A model generated the notes under the pieces. The model was not told the origin of the DNA. It ran no database searches and worked only from the letters and a program-made list of their open reading frames with translations. Shown in pieces: positions 24,253 through 35,703 of a stretch of 64,000 bases of DNA. The number at the start of each line of letters is the position of its first letter. The first letter of the stretch is position 1. The translations under genes were made by a program, and so were the position numbers. This stretch comes from Tubulanus polymorphus (taxonomy: Eukaryota; Animalia; Nemertea), in contig NC_134027.1 in the NCBI RefSeq assembly GCF_964204645.1, positions 26,932,560-26,996,559 on the forward strand, read 5' to 3'.

Positions 24253-26002
24253 TAATAATAATATATATATTACTTCTATTACATTGCCGAATGTAGATAT
24301 AAATATCAGGTTTGTTAAATTATCTGCACTAATATGGTATAGTTTAATATGAACACCGTGACTTCTATTTGCCTCTGTTCCGGGATCCGCCCTGTAAGAT
24401 GTATGTATTTGTTACGGGTGACATCTGTCATGAATGTCAGCCTCCTACTCAAGTGTTATAAACAATAACAGATATTGTCAATCTGTATAATCCCACTGTG
24501 AGAATGAACGTGGTTTTGTGTCGTCTTTGTTTACACAGGTGTCGAGATGTAGCCTTTATCGACGAGAGGTGTCACGACGGGAGGTCGACGACATCGTAGG
24601 AGTCATTCATATGTCAGAACGTTAATTACTACACGTTCCTGTAATAATACAATAATCATTATACACGGCATGTCTTTCTTTATGGCGCCGTTAAAAAGTC
24701 GGTAGAAAATTCTGGAAGATATTTTGCTGTTGTGGCTGGTCGTCGGTCATAGCCTTGAATGCTGATTTAAAGTAATAACGAGACCACAACGCCGGTTGAA
24801 GTTCGTTCTTCTCAGGGCGATCCCAACTTTCTGGTTTAGGCTTCAGTTGGGATAATTACTTGTAGGCAAAAAGAATAGCTGATTATATTGCTGTCTATAT
24901 ATCGAGCCATCTAAATCAACCAACTATCCTTATGATACATCCTTATGTAACGACAAAAAAGAAAAGTATGTGTTCATTTTGCTTACGGGTATTTTAAGAA
25001 TTATTCATAATGTATATAATTATGTATATATGAGCTATTGTATATAGAATATTCGTCCGCTATTTTTCTAAAGCCATCTTTTCATCATGATCTCTCCCGA
25101 GTCGTCGCTATGTTACTGTGCGGTATTTAAATTATTAGATTAACTTAATTAAAAATAAATGATACTGAAATGTTTTTATTGTTCCATTAGAAAGAAATAT
25201 ATACATGGTTTATTCTGTGAAGTGTTGTCTTTGAAATGTCTTTATGTTTGTTCAAAGGTCGCGAGTACGCACGAGCGAGTTGGACCCGCCGGTTTTAGTG
25301 CCTCCAGCAAATCATCTATTGGTGATACCCGACATCTGGTGTGTGGTCATTTTCAGCCCATGACCCCACGCACAAAATTGTAGCCTACGGCTCAGTCCAT
25401 TATCCAATTTTATAAATGGTGATCCAAACACTGAACCAAGTACATTGATCGTATCATGACCATTGTTCCGTCTCTTAACGCAGCAAGCGCAAAAGGAGCT
25501 GAAGCTTTGACCCGTCTAAAAACTGTGGAACTATCGTGATGATTCACGTATTAAAAAACTTATTCAAAAACCAAAACATTTTGTCAATGAGAGGCCGGAC
25601 TTGATAACTGAAAATATCCGATCTCTCTAATTGATTTCACAGAATGCTTGTCCAGACATTACGGAGATTGAAGGAAAATAGAATTAAAAAAGGAAAAGAG
25701 AAACAATGTAAAGAAGTGTGGGTCAAGCAAAGCGCCTTGTGGCCATTGTCACAAGCACCCGGTAAAAAGAAAAAGGGACACTGAAATGAGAATTGATAAA
25801 TTCGTAAGACCCAGCGTCCAACCACTGTGCGATCAGGCAAGCTTCGATAATTTACCAGTCTTGGATTTTCTAGGCGAAATATTATTATGGTACGCGATGG
25901 GGTGCGATGATGTACTCATCATTAGGTGGAATTTCCTATATTAATTGATATAAACTGACTCCAGTCTGTGGGCAGCGAAGGGTGCTACTTCATTTTATCG
26001 GG

Positions 26003-26157
26003 AGGTGCTGCCGCTATGTCCATCGTTAGCGGATTTTTTATACACTAACACAAACCGCCTCTGGCAATCAAAGCACATCTAAATACTGTAGATTGCCAGG
26101 GTCGATTCCTGTTAGTGTATGAAAATCCCGCTAACGATGAGCATAGCGGCAGCACCT
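26003..26157. mobile_element. Palindromic MITE-like foldback immediately upstream of the LDHD start codon
   Basis: Arms of about 48 bp: AGGTGCTGCCGCTATGTCCATCGTTAGCGG... and ...CCGCTAACGATGAGCATAGCGGCAGCACCT; inner CTGGCAATC/GATTGCCAG. Confidence 0.7.
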
Positions 26158-26185
26158 GACGGTGGATCAGCCAGTCTCCATTATA

Positions 26186-28931
26186 ATGAATAAACTAAGT
26201 ATTTTGATCAGAAATAATCAGTTAAAAACATCAATTATCTCTTGTCAACGGAGACTTTACAGCAATCAGGTAAACAGCAGCATTTAGCAACATATGATGA
26301 TTCAATATGATCGTCCAGATGAGAGTGTCATCATTCATATCGTGTAATTGAATGGTCCATAAATTGAAATTCTGAAATTCGTTGTTTAGTTTTGTTGATA
26401 AACAGATAATGGTTTATTTCTGTAGATATGTTCAGAATGTGATGGGGCATTCATACAGAGATTGCGGCATATAATCGGTGATAAGAATGTATCGACTGGA
26501 TTAGCAATACGTGAACAACATGGCAAAGATGAATCATTCTCCAGGTTTGCGTCTGTCTGAGGTGACAGCGTGAGATCTTCTCCCTCCTATTCTTCACTGA
26601 CTGTTCGTGATTCTGTTGTTGTTTCAGATTGTATCCTCCTGATGTTGTCGTATTCCCGCAATCGACTGAACATGTCAGTCGTTTAATGAAAACCTGCTAC
26701 GAATCGCGAGTTCCGATAATTCCTTTCGGTACGGGGACCGGACTGGAAGCTGGTGTTAGTGCAGTTCAGGTGCGTCGATCTATTTCAATCCAATCAAGAG
26801 AAATATTCACTCGTTTAAACGGAATGTTAATAATGTAGTTCTATTTGTTGAATATAGGGCGGAGTTTGTTTCGATTTGATGAGGATGAATAAGATTAATG
26901 CGTTGTACGCTGAGGATTTCATGTGTACAGTTGAACCAGGTGTTACTAGAAAAACACTGAATTCTTATCTACGAGATACAGGACTCTGGTTCCCAGTTGG
27001 TTAGTATACATTTCTCTCTGTCTGTCCCATTCTGTCCAAGAAGCCGATATTAGGGGCACTATCGCACCGAAATGCACCAATTGAATTATCTTTGTTGACA
27101 AAATGAAAAATGGCGCCTAAAAAAATGTTACAGATTTGTCTCACAAATCCCCCTGGATCTGTGGAGAACACTGACCAAATAACATAATATTCACTGGTCA
27201 TTAAACTTATAACCTCTCAGTTGTGAGTCGTCCAACACCTTCCCGAAAACTGTTGGGATTCAGACTACTTACTTACCAAACCATGAAGATAGGAATATTC
27301 ATTTAATCATTAACTATATTTGATAGTTCACGGAATGAAGAATGTGTGATGAACTGATTGATTTTCTAGATCCGGGAGCTGATGCTTCATTATGTGGTAT
27401 GGCAGCGACGAGTGCGTCGGGAACTAATGCAGTACGTTATGGAACAATGAAAGATAATGTGATTAATTTAGAGGTGGTTTTAGCTGACGGAACCATCATT
27501 CACACACAGGGACAAAATAGAAGATCAAAGTAAGTATTATTATTCATAAGCCAATTTCATCTAAACTTTAAAACATTTTTTATGTTTGTTATTTTTGTTT
27601 TCCTAGGAAATCAGCAGCTGGTTACAATTTGACTAATTTATTTGTCGGATCTGAAGGAACTTTAGGGATGATAACTCAGGCCACGTTGAAACTTCACGCG
27701 ATGCCAGAAACTGTGAGTTTCCTGTTACACATTTTAATTTCAAGTCAATTTCTCGTTTATATGAAAACTATTTAAGTGTTTTACTTAATATTTAGATGGT
27801 ATCAGCGGTTTGTCAGTTTCAATCCGTACAAGAAGCTATCGATACTGCAGTTCAGTGTTTACAAGTATCTCTTCCTATTGCGAGAATAGGTAATCTATTC
27901 TATTCTACAGTCAGATTTCTCCATTCATCAACCTTCGAAAGTCAATCTATTTCTGTTTTGTTTCATTGAATTTTCAGAATTTCTAGACGAAGTTATGATG
28001 GAAATGTCGATTAACTACAGCAGTCTGGAAGGATACGAAAAACTACCGTCTTTATTCGTGGAATTTCACGGTTCTGAAAATACGATTCAGAATCAGGTCG
28101 ACGTATTCCGTAAGTTGAAACAATTATTTGTATCTCGTATTATTTATGATAGATAAAGATTGATTTGATTAGTTTGTTATTTTCAGAGGAAATTGCTTCC
28201 AATAACAACGGCTCGTCATTTCATTGGGCAAAAGAACTAGAGAAAAGAAATATTTTATGGAAGGCTAGGCATGATGCATGGTACGCAGTATTAGCATCTA
28301 GACCTGGTTGTAAGGTATTTATAGTTCTCAGACTCGGTATCTTTCATTAAATAATGAACTTATTATGAGTAAATCAGTGAACGTGTTTAATACAGGCTAA
28401 ATCTACAGATGTATGTGTGCCTATATCCCTCCTTCCTGAGGCTATTAGACAAACACGTCTGTTACTGAATCAAAGTAAACTTCTAGGTAAGACTTTATTT
28501 GAATGATTCACCCCTGGGGTAACTATGAAACTGGGCCTTAGTTTTTGATGATTTTGTGTTCGTTAATTGTAGGACCTATCGCCGGACATGTAGGCGATGG
28601 AAACTTTCACGTGGCTATAGCTTTCGATCCAGAAAACTCGGATGAAGTCGCGGAGCAGCATTACCTTACAGAATCAATCGGAGAGTAAGTTGTGAAACCA
28701 GTTGAATCATTGCCGATTATTTCTGTTTATTTTGAAATTGGAATTTTCTGTTATTGCAGGATTGCGTTGAATCTAAATGGTACATGTACAGGAGAACATG
28801 GAATAGGTCATGGAAAGAGAGAGCTACTGGTAAAGGAAATGGGAACGAACTGTATCAACACGATGAAATCAATTAAAACCTGTTTAGATCCACTGAATTT
28901 AATGAATCCCGCTAAAGTATTTCTTGAATGA
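26186..28931 (+). CDS. LDHD: Mitochondrial D-lactate dehydrogenase (FAD-linked oxidase), about 12 exons
   Basis: Basic transit peptide [12 protein letters not shown]..., then [95 protein letters not shown] and [11 protein letters not shown]. Confidence 0.95.
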
Positions 28932-29249
28932 ACTGAGATCAACGACAAGATATTGTTTTTGATTATATTACAATGTATTTTAAAAAGACATAATGTTTAT
29001 AATTATGGACATCTAAAAATATAAATAATATCACAGTTTAATTTTAACATCTACACAAATGAAACATGGCATTTTACATGTAAAAACAACAAATGTAAAT
29101 ATACCCGATTTTGATAATTCAAATGATTACAGACTTTTATATATTCTGTTGTTAATGATCTGAAGGTGCTCAAATAAATTATTTATTGCGATACGTGCCA
29201 TAAAACTGTTGTTGTTTTTGATATTATGAACATTGATTTCTTTTGACAT

Positions 29250-29505
29250 TTCACATAAAACATGATTAGACACAGAGTTAGAATCATGATTGAACATTAT
29301 TTCCCTGTTCTCTGTCTTTGTTTTCTGTCCCGGACTGGTTTTATAAAGAACATGATTAGACAGAGAGTCTGAATCATGATTAAACATTATTTCCCCGTCC
29401 TCTATCTTTGTTCTCTGTCCCGGACTGGTTTTATATAGAACATGATGTTCAGGGAGTTTGTTTTACGATTGAACATCATTTCGCCCATTTTCCGTGTCCC
29501 GGACG
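29250..29505. repeat. About 90-bp tandem duplications in the 3' UTR of the cNMP-binding gene
   Basis: TCTGTCCCGGACTGGTTTTATA..GAACATGAT repeated at about 29325 and 29414, related to the final codons at about 29495. Confidence 0.7.
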
Positions 29506-32500
29506 AATACCGCGACCGTTTATAACGTCTACTACTATTGAATGTTTAAATTCATTCCATTCTCGTTTTAGTTCTTGTTTCATGTATTCATCGTGTATTT
29601 CTTCCTGAAATCATCAATATAAATCAATGTCAATTAATTCTCTCATCTGAATGATTATTCTATTGAAAACAGACCATTCATTAAGTACGTATACTTGGGC
29701 GAGTGGAGTGAAAATTTGACAAATTTTCCGCCTGTGAGGATCAGCAAAATTTTACCTAGTATATGAACAGCCCGTAATTCCTCTGAACCTACCTGTGTGA
29801 CCTGACCGAAAGTTTTTTGGCTTGATTGTAGAAGCAGTTGCCTGGTTATATCATTGAGCTCTGAAAAACATTTCAAAGGAGTTAGTGAGTTCTGAATTAT
29901 ATCTAGTTTCAGGACTGTATGAATATGAAGAGTTATTGCTTACCTGATAATCGAGCTGGAAATATAACTCCAATAACAGTTGATTTAGCAGTAACTATTG
30001 AACAAGTAATCGGCTCGTCATTGAGTACACTGATTTCTCCAAACGATTCTGACGGCCCCAAATTTCCCATTACAACTTGTTTAGTTCGACGCTCCTGGAA
30101 AGAGAGAAGCAAACAATGTTTTTATTCATCAATTACAAACATTGATTCAGATTTAAAGTTTTGAAGTTCTGTAATAAAAAATCTGACACTAGAAAATAGA
30201 ATCCAAAATTTTTCTTCGAGCAAATGGTTTATGCAATATTGCGACTAAATCCTAACCATCATCTTCAGGAATTTAATATACTTGTTACAACATCAATGAT
30301 TATTTTGAACTGTACCTTTTTACCATTTCGTAATGTGTGAATAGTTTCTGCTTGTCGTAGAACGTGACACATTCCAGATTTTATATATCCAAGAAAAGGT
30401 GCTTTGAATCCTTCAGTAACAATCACTGAAATCAATTCACATTCAGTTATTTCTATGAAACGGTTAATAATAGTAAGAAAGAATGATAGTATATCTTTCC
30501 TACTTGTATTAGCAGGACATGTTTTCCTACTTGTAATAGCAGGGAATGTTTTCCTACTTGTATTAGCAGGGAATGTTTTCCTACTTGTATTAGCATGGAA
30601 TATTTTCCTACTTGTATTAGCAGGGAATGTTTTCCTACTTGTATTAGCAGGGAATGTTTTCCTACTTGTATTAGCAGGGAATATTTTCCTACTTATATTA
30701 GCAGGGAATGTGTTCCTACTTGTATTAGCAGGGAATGTTTTCCTACTTGTATTAGCAGGGAATGTTTTCCTACTTATATTAACAGGGAATGTTTTCCTAC
30801 TTGTATTAGCAGGGAATGTTTTCCTACTTGTATTAGCAGGGAATATTTTCCTACTTATATTAGCAGGGAATATTTTCCTACTTATATTAGCAGGGAATGT
30901 TTTCCTACTTATATTAGCAGGGAATTTTTTCCTACTTGTATTAGCAGGGAATGTTTTCCTACCTGTATTAGCAGGGAATGTTTTCCTACTTATATTAGCA
31001 GGGAATATTTTCCTACTTATATTAGCAGGGAATGTTTTCCTACTTGTATTAGCAGGGAATGTTTTCCTACCTGTATTAGCAGGGAATGTTTTCCATGTAA
31101 TCAGATTTCCGACGGCTAATAACGGTTGTCTAGTCCACATTTTATAACTTGGACACGACTGCAGTAAATTAACTTTTTCAGTTTGATCTCTGGTATTCAT
31201 TTGCTGAAAGGTAGATATAATAAATATCAGTTTGATAAGAACCTCTAGAACGGCACAGTCCGCTAGACCCAATTCCACAGTTGTGAGTTAAGATTTGACT
31301 GAGAGTTTATTCATTCAAAATGAACTGATTTAACTCTAATTCATAACTGAGGATCCTGGATCTTAAAGCCATTACCCAGTTGTGAATTAAAGTTAACTCG
31401 AAGTTGAAATTAGTTCAGTTTCAATCAGTTCATTCTCAGTCAAATCTTAACTCTGGATCTGGATCCAGACCGAAGAAATAAAAGGTTGCCTAATTTTTAC
31501 CTCCATCGTTCTGTGGAAATCTGAGGCTGAAATTTTCAGTAGTTCAACAGGTTCCGAAGTGACGACTGATAGAACGCGAGTATTCGTAGCTCTACCTTCA
31601 ATCTTCTTTAAAGTTCCGAAACAATCGCCTACTTTCAATTTCGGCTGAAAACAGATAAAAATGATAATTTTTAAATTACTGTAAATATTGATGTATGTTT
31701 CAATGTAAATGAAATTTGAACTTTTTTCTTACCAAATTTTCATTATCGGTCTCGCGATCGAACGGCACCGGACTCGTAAAACCTAATTCTGATTCGTGTA
31801 ATAATCGATAATACTGATGTGATAAAGCACGCACTGATCCTTTCAGTATGAGGTGAAATCCGCTATTACCAAATACTGCAATTTAATATATCTCATTATC
31901 ATCTATTTACATATAACATTTACTATAATGATAATTGCAGAATGATGATAATTCAGAGTCTATTTCTCTGGTAGTTTCCAGAGATTTATCTAAATCCCAT
32001 CTTTGGAGAAACAGTAATTACCATAAGCTTCAATACTGTTTCTGTAAAAATAGATTTAGATAGAAACTATTCATGTTCTACATCACTGAGAATACAAATC
32101 AGTTTATCAGTGATTCGACATTCAGTGTTTATTACAGTCAAATCTTACTGGTAAATTCGGGTGTTTTCCAAGTCTCCAGTTGCGCTACCATACACAATTC
32201 TTTCAATTGATCATCGTTCACTTGTTTACTCAACATAGGATAAGACTTCAGTATGTTGAATAATGTATGATTCTCACTCACATTTCTATCAAATGGCCTA
32301 CACAATAAAAATGAAATATTTCATCTTTTTATGTTAGTGAACTGTAAGATATATTCAAACTCATGCTGTATTCGTAGATGACTTTTACTTAAATATTTGA
32401 AAAATAACTAGACATGATTTAGGTATTGTAACGACCTAAACTAGTTCCATTGTATGAAGAAACAGTTTAAACTTACAACTTGCGTAGAATTTTTCTCATA

Positions 32501-34033
32501 TTTTTGATTCCATCACGTTTTATGGCTTCAGGTTTTTCACTCTTTCTCTGTCGATGCAGACGGATTAAATAGTCCGATATATTATGTGTAAATGTCTCCT
32601 GTAGCGGTTCACCCGTCTGATCTCTCGGCGTTGATTGGTCGATCGTTAATAAACTCCCAGCTAAGCAAAAACAGTTATTCAGAGTTAATTATAAGAGCGA
32701 TAATTATACAGTTAACTTTTGCTTAATTGATATTATGCTGATGACTTCCAAAAGATTTCTCTTACACTCAAGAAGAATAGGAACTCAGAAATTGAGATCC
32801 ATCTCAATAAACATTTTAAACTGCTGTATATTACGTATTTTACCTGCAACTGATTTCGATGTTGAATTTGAATGTAAACTTGTTTCTGACAGAACGTTTT
32901 TGGCACTAAAATCAAACGTAACCAAATTACATCAATACCTACGAACATATGAATTTTAAATTCAGACTATGTTTATTTGTGCACGCACCTGGATTTTGAT
33001 ATGGCGTACTGTGGTAGTGGTTTTGGTTTAGAATTCGGTAGTAACATCCGCTTATAATTATTCATAAATGTAGAATGTGCTTCATCAGTTGAACAAAGTC
33101 TATTGTATCTACAATCAGAGAATACAGTTAACAAATACGCCTACCGTTTACTGAAATATAAATAATAATTTTGCGGCTTTGAATCCATGGGTCAGAAATT
33201 TGTCATTTCATTTCATCATAGTTGTGCATACTTTTGTTGAATAATGACCCTTGATTCCATCATATTTAAAAATAAAACTTACCCATCGCTGAGTCCGTCT
33301 AGTTGAACTAACCAGTTTAGTGTCTGGTAATCAACTGTATTATGGTGAACTGGAGGATGACCTGAAATCAATATCATTTTATTTATAGGTTGGGTTTGAT
33401 GGTTAGGGTCCAGAGCCCAGGGTTGGGCTATTAAGACTGGGGAGGGTTGAGGGGCTAGAGAGACTTGAGTAGAGAGTCAGAAGTCGTAGATGATACCAGT
33501 GTCAGTGAAAGAGCCACATTTCCATCCGGCCAGCCGTCTTATTCTCATTGAATTAACTTCCTAGTTCTTCTGTACTGTCCATGTCAGGGTTTATAGTCAG
33601 TAACGTCAGTTGGTTTAGTTTCACGATCAGATATTTAAACAAGCCCATCTGATTTTAAAAGCTTAATCCCACCCACGATTAGGATCTATATCAGGAACAA
33701 GGGTCAAGTCAGCATCAGAATAGATCAACTTTTCTTTTTCTAGTATTGACTATTATTGTCATATTGATGATTAGTCAGTAACCTGTCTGTGGTTTAGTTT
33801 CACAATCGGATATTTTCACAAACCACATAAGCCCATCCGATTATAAAAAGCTTACCACCAACGATTAGGTAACTAACTAATTCTAATTGATGATGTGAAT
33901 GATGAATTTCAGACACCACAGTTTTTGGGTGAAACTTACGATCATGGTGGCATTTATAATGTCTCCCCAGTTTTCTGACTTGCTCTTCCTCGGTTAGCAA
34001 GGAAGGAACATCTTCAATTCGAGCGAGGGACAT
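29476..34033 (-). CDS. Cyclic nucleotide-binding domain protein (CNBD1-like, two cNMP domains), multi-exon
   Basis: Start MSLARIEDVPS. cNMP domain 1 includes FHLILKGSV and LKVGDCFG...ELLKISASDF; domain 2 includes WKTFPANT|VIVTEG..GYIKSGMC and MGKFGPSESFGEISVL. Ends RGIRPGHGKWAK* at 29476. Confidence 0.75.
30495..31095. repeat. 27-bp minisatellite (about 22 copies) derived from an exon/donor junction
   Basis: Unit GGGAATGTTTTCCTACTTGTATTAGCA; the first copy overlaps the exon end and the GT donor at 31070. Confidence 0.95.
31268..31466. mobile_element. MITE family with CCAGTTCCACAGTT-type ends; further copies at about 54818-54917 and 61217-61331
   Basis: Shared CCACAGTT(G/C)TGAGTTAAGATTTGACT and CTCACAACTGTGGAACT inverted ends in three introns. 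Confidence 0.7.
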
Positions 34034-34427
34034 TTTAAAAGTAGAAAACTTCGATTTATCCCAATATAACAGCACTCATATCCTCCATGTTGTTTACAGG
34101 TTGTCAAGAATAATGATAGTAAAACCGATAAACGAAACGAGTAGTAAGATAAAATGTATACTTTGAGTATAAATCATCTCAATCGTAAAAGGGCACATAT
34201 GCCATGAGATAAAAATAACATATATTGAATATCTTAATTACTTTTTTGTATTGCATGTGTAGATTTCTCGTCGAAATTGGTGTTCAATGATGTACAACGC
34301 TCCGCTAAACGGTTTACAACTTATGATAACCCTAATTGGTTACTCGCGTTCCAGTGCTAGCTTCATACTCAACTGCCAGTGCTGGAATAAGTGTATCAAT
34401 TCAATTCAATTCTAACATATTTATCAA

Positions 34428-34790
34428 GTCAGTCGAGGGGTCTTACCCGACTCACGTACTGGCAAGATCCACCGCGTGCGACGGGATGTATTCTGTCATT
34501 GCGATGTCATTGATTACAAAGACACTGGGGTACTAAGCACCAGCTGTCTCAACATGATTGGATTGGAGACCAATACCCCCGGCCGGGCGGGCGACCTTAA
34601 TCCGGCCACGCCGAGGAGGACTTTTACTGTCAAACTCCCAAACTCCGAGACCCAGGTTTCGACTCACGACTTGGGTGCAGCTCTTCATGAGCATATCTCA
34701 GGTGTGGGATGCTCTAACTCGCCTGCGCGGTCGGTCCGAATGAACTCGAGAAAACTAATGGTTGACATCACTCATAGCTTTATTCACAGA
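34428..34790 (+). ncRNA. Candidate structured non-coding RNA (long stem with multibranch apex), unclassified
   Basis: Helix 34579-34594/34719-34734 (15 of 16 pairs), plus 34606-12/34701-07, 34650-57/34669-76 and 34503-09/34763-69. Most G-U pairs favour the + strand. Confidence 0.35.
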
Positions 34791-35069
34791 TCGCACTAAC
34801 TAATTCAGAAACGTCCAGCGTGATCGACACTGCGACAGAAATAAGGTAGTTCCAACATTTATAAAATAAGAAAAAAATATATGTATAGAAGCAAACTATA
34901 CGGAACAAAAACGGACCATAAATATGGAGGTTCCTATTAACGCGCCGGGCAGCGGCCGTCATCGGGTTCCACCACTGAACAACTAATGGTTACAGTAAAG
35001 CACTATCTGTTGCTGCTGCCCATCTCACATTTATACGTCATGTTTCTGCTATACGGAGTTTCTATTATT

Positions 35070-35703
35070 TTAACCGTGATAGTTTGATGTGGTGCTTGCG
35101 ATATACGACGCGAAGAAAATCAGATAAATAATCAAAACGGCGATCCACAAAACATGTAAGGCGATACCGCAGCCTAGAGTTATCATACACCATCGACGAG
35201 CTTCCCTGGAGAGCTGCTGAGCTCCGGGTCCATCTCCTCGCCTTATAGCATCCCTAACTTCTGTAGACTTTATAACAGCCACGATACCTAACGGCCAAAA
35301 ACAACACAATAAAACTAAAATCGCCATCACCAGATAATCCGACGGTGGATTAGCGAGAGGGGCTGCCTGGGCGACGATAATCTGTTGATTACCAGGTGCG
35401 TAATATCCAACAGGTTGGGCGGCGTATTGGACACCTTGAGGTGGATATTGTCCACCTTGAGGTGGATACTGTCCACCTTGAGGTGGATATTGTCCACCTT
35501 GCTGTGGTGGATATCCACCCGGTGGTCCACCATACTGAGGGGCCCCTGAAACAGAAAAATACAAATATTTTATCTACAGCGGGGAACTCTATATTGAAAA
35601 CCTTGTTGAATTAATTATAGAGGATTGTTTGGAATATCAATTAGCGGACTGTACCTGGTGGAGGCTGGTTGTACGGTGGAGGTGGTTGCTGTTTATCCGA
35701 CAT
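35070..35703 (-). CDS. CD225/dispanin-family proline-rich transmembrane protein (PRRT1-like), 2 coding exons
   Basis: Exons 35703-35655 and 35545-35070. PPQGGQY repeats precede the CD225 domain PPSDYLVMAILVLLCCFWPLGIVAVIKSTEVRDAIRRGDGPGAQQLSREARRW and a C-terminal TM helix. AATAAA on the minus strand at 34784-34779. Confidence 0.9.

Noticed and set aside
30265-31278. Long repetitive ORFs on both strands (337, 247 and 174 aa)
   Set aside because: They arise from the stop-free 27-bp minisatellite; only the flanking parts of the minus ORF are constitutive exons.
34595-34630. HDV-like ribozyme (TCCTCG loop on the minus strand; similar motifs at about 15208 and 5522)
   Set aside because: I could not build consistent P1/P2/P3 nested pseudoknot pairings.
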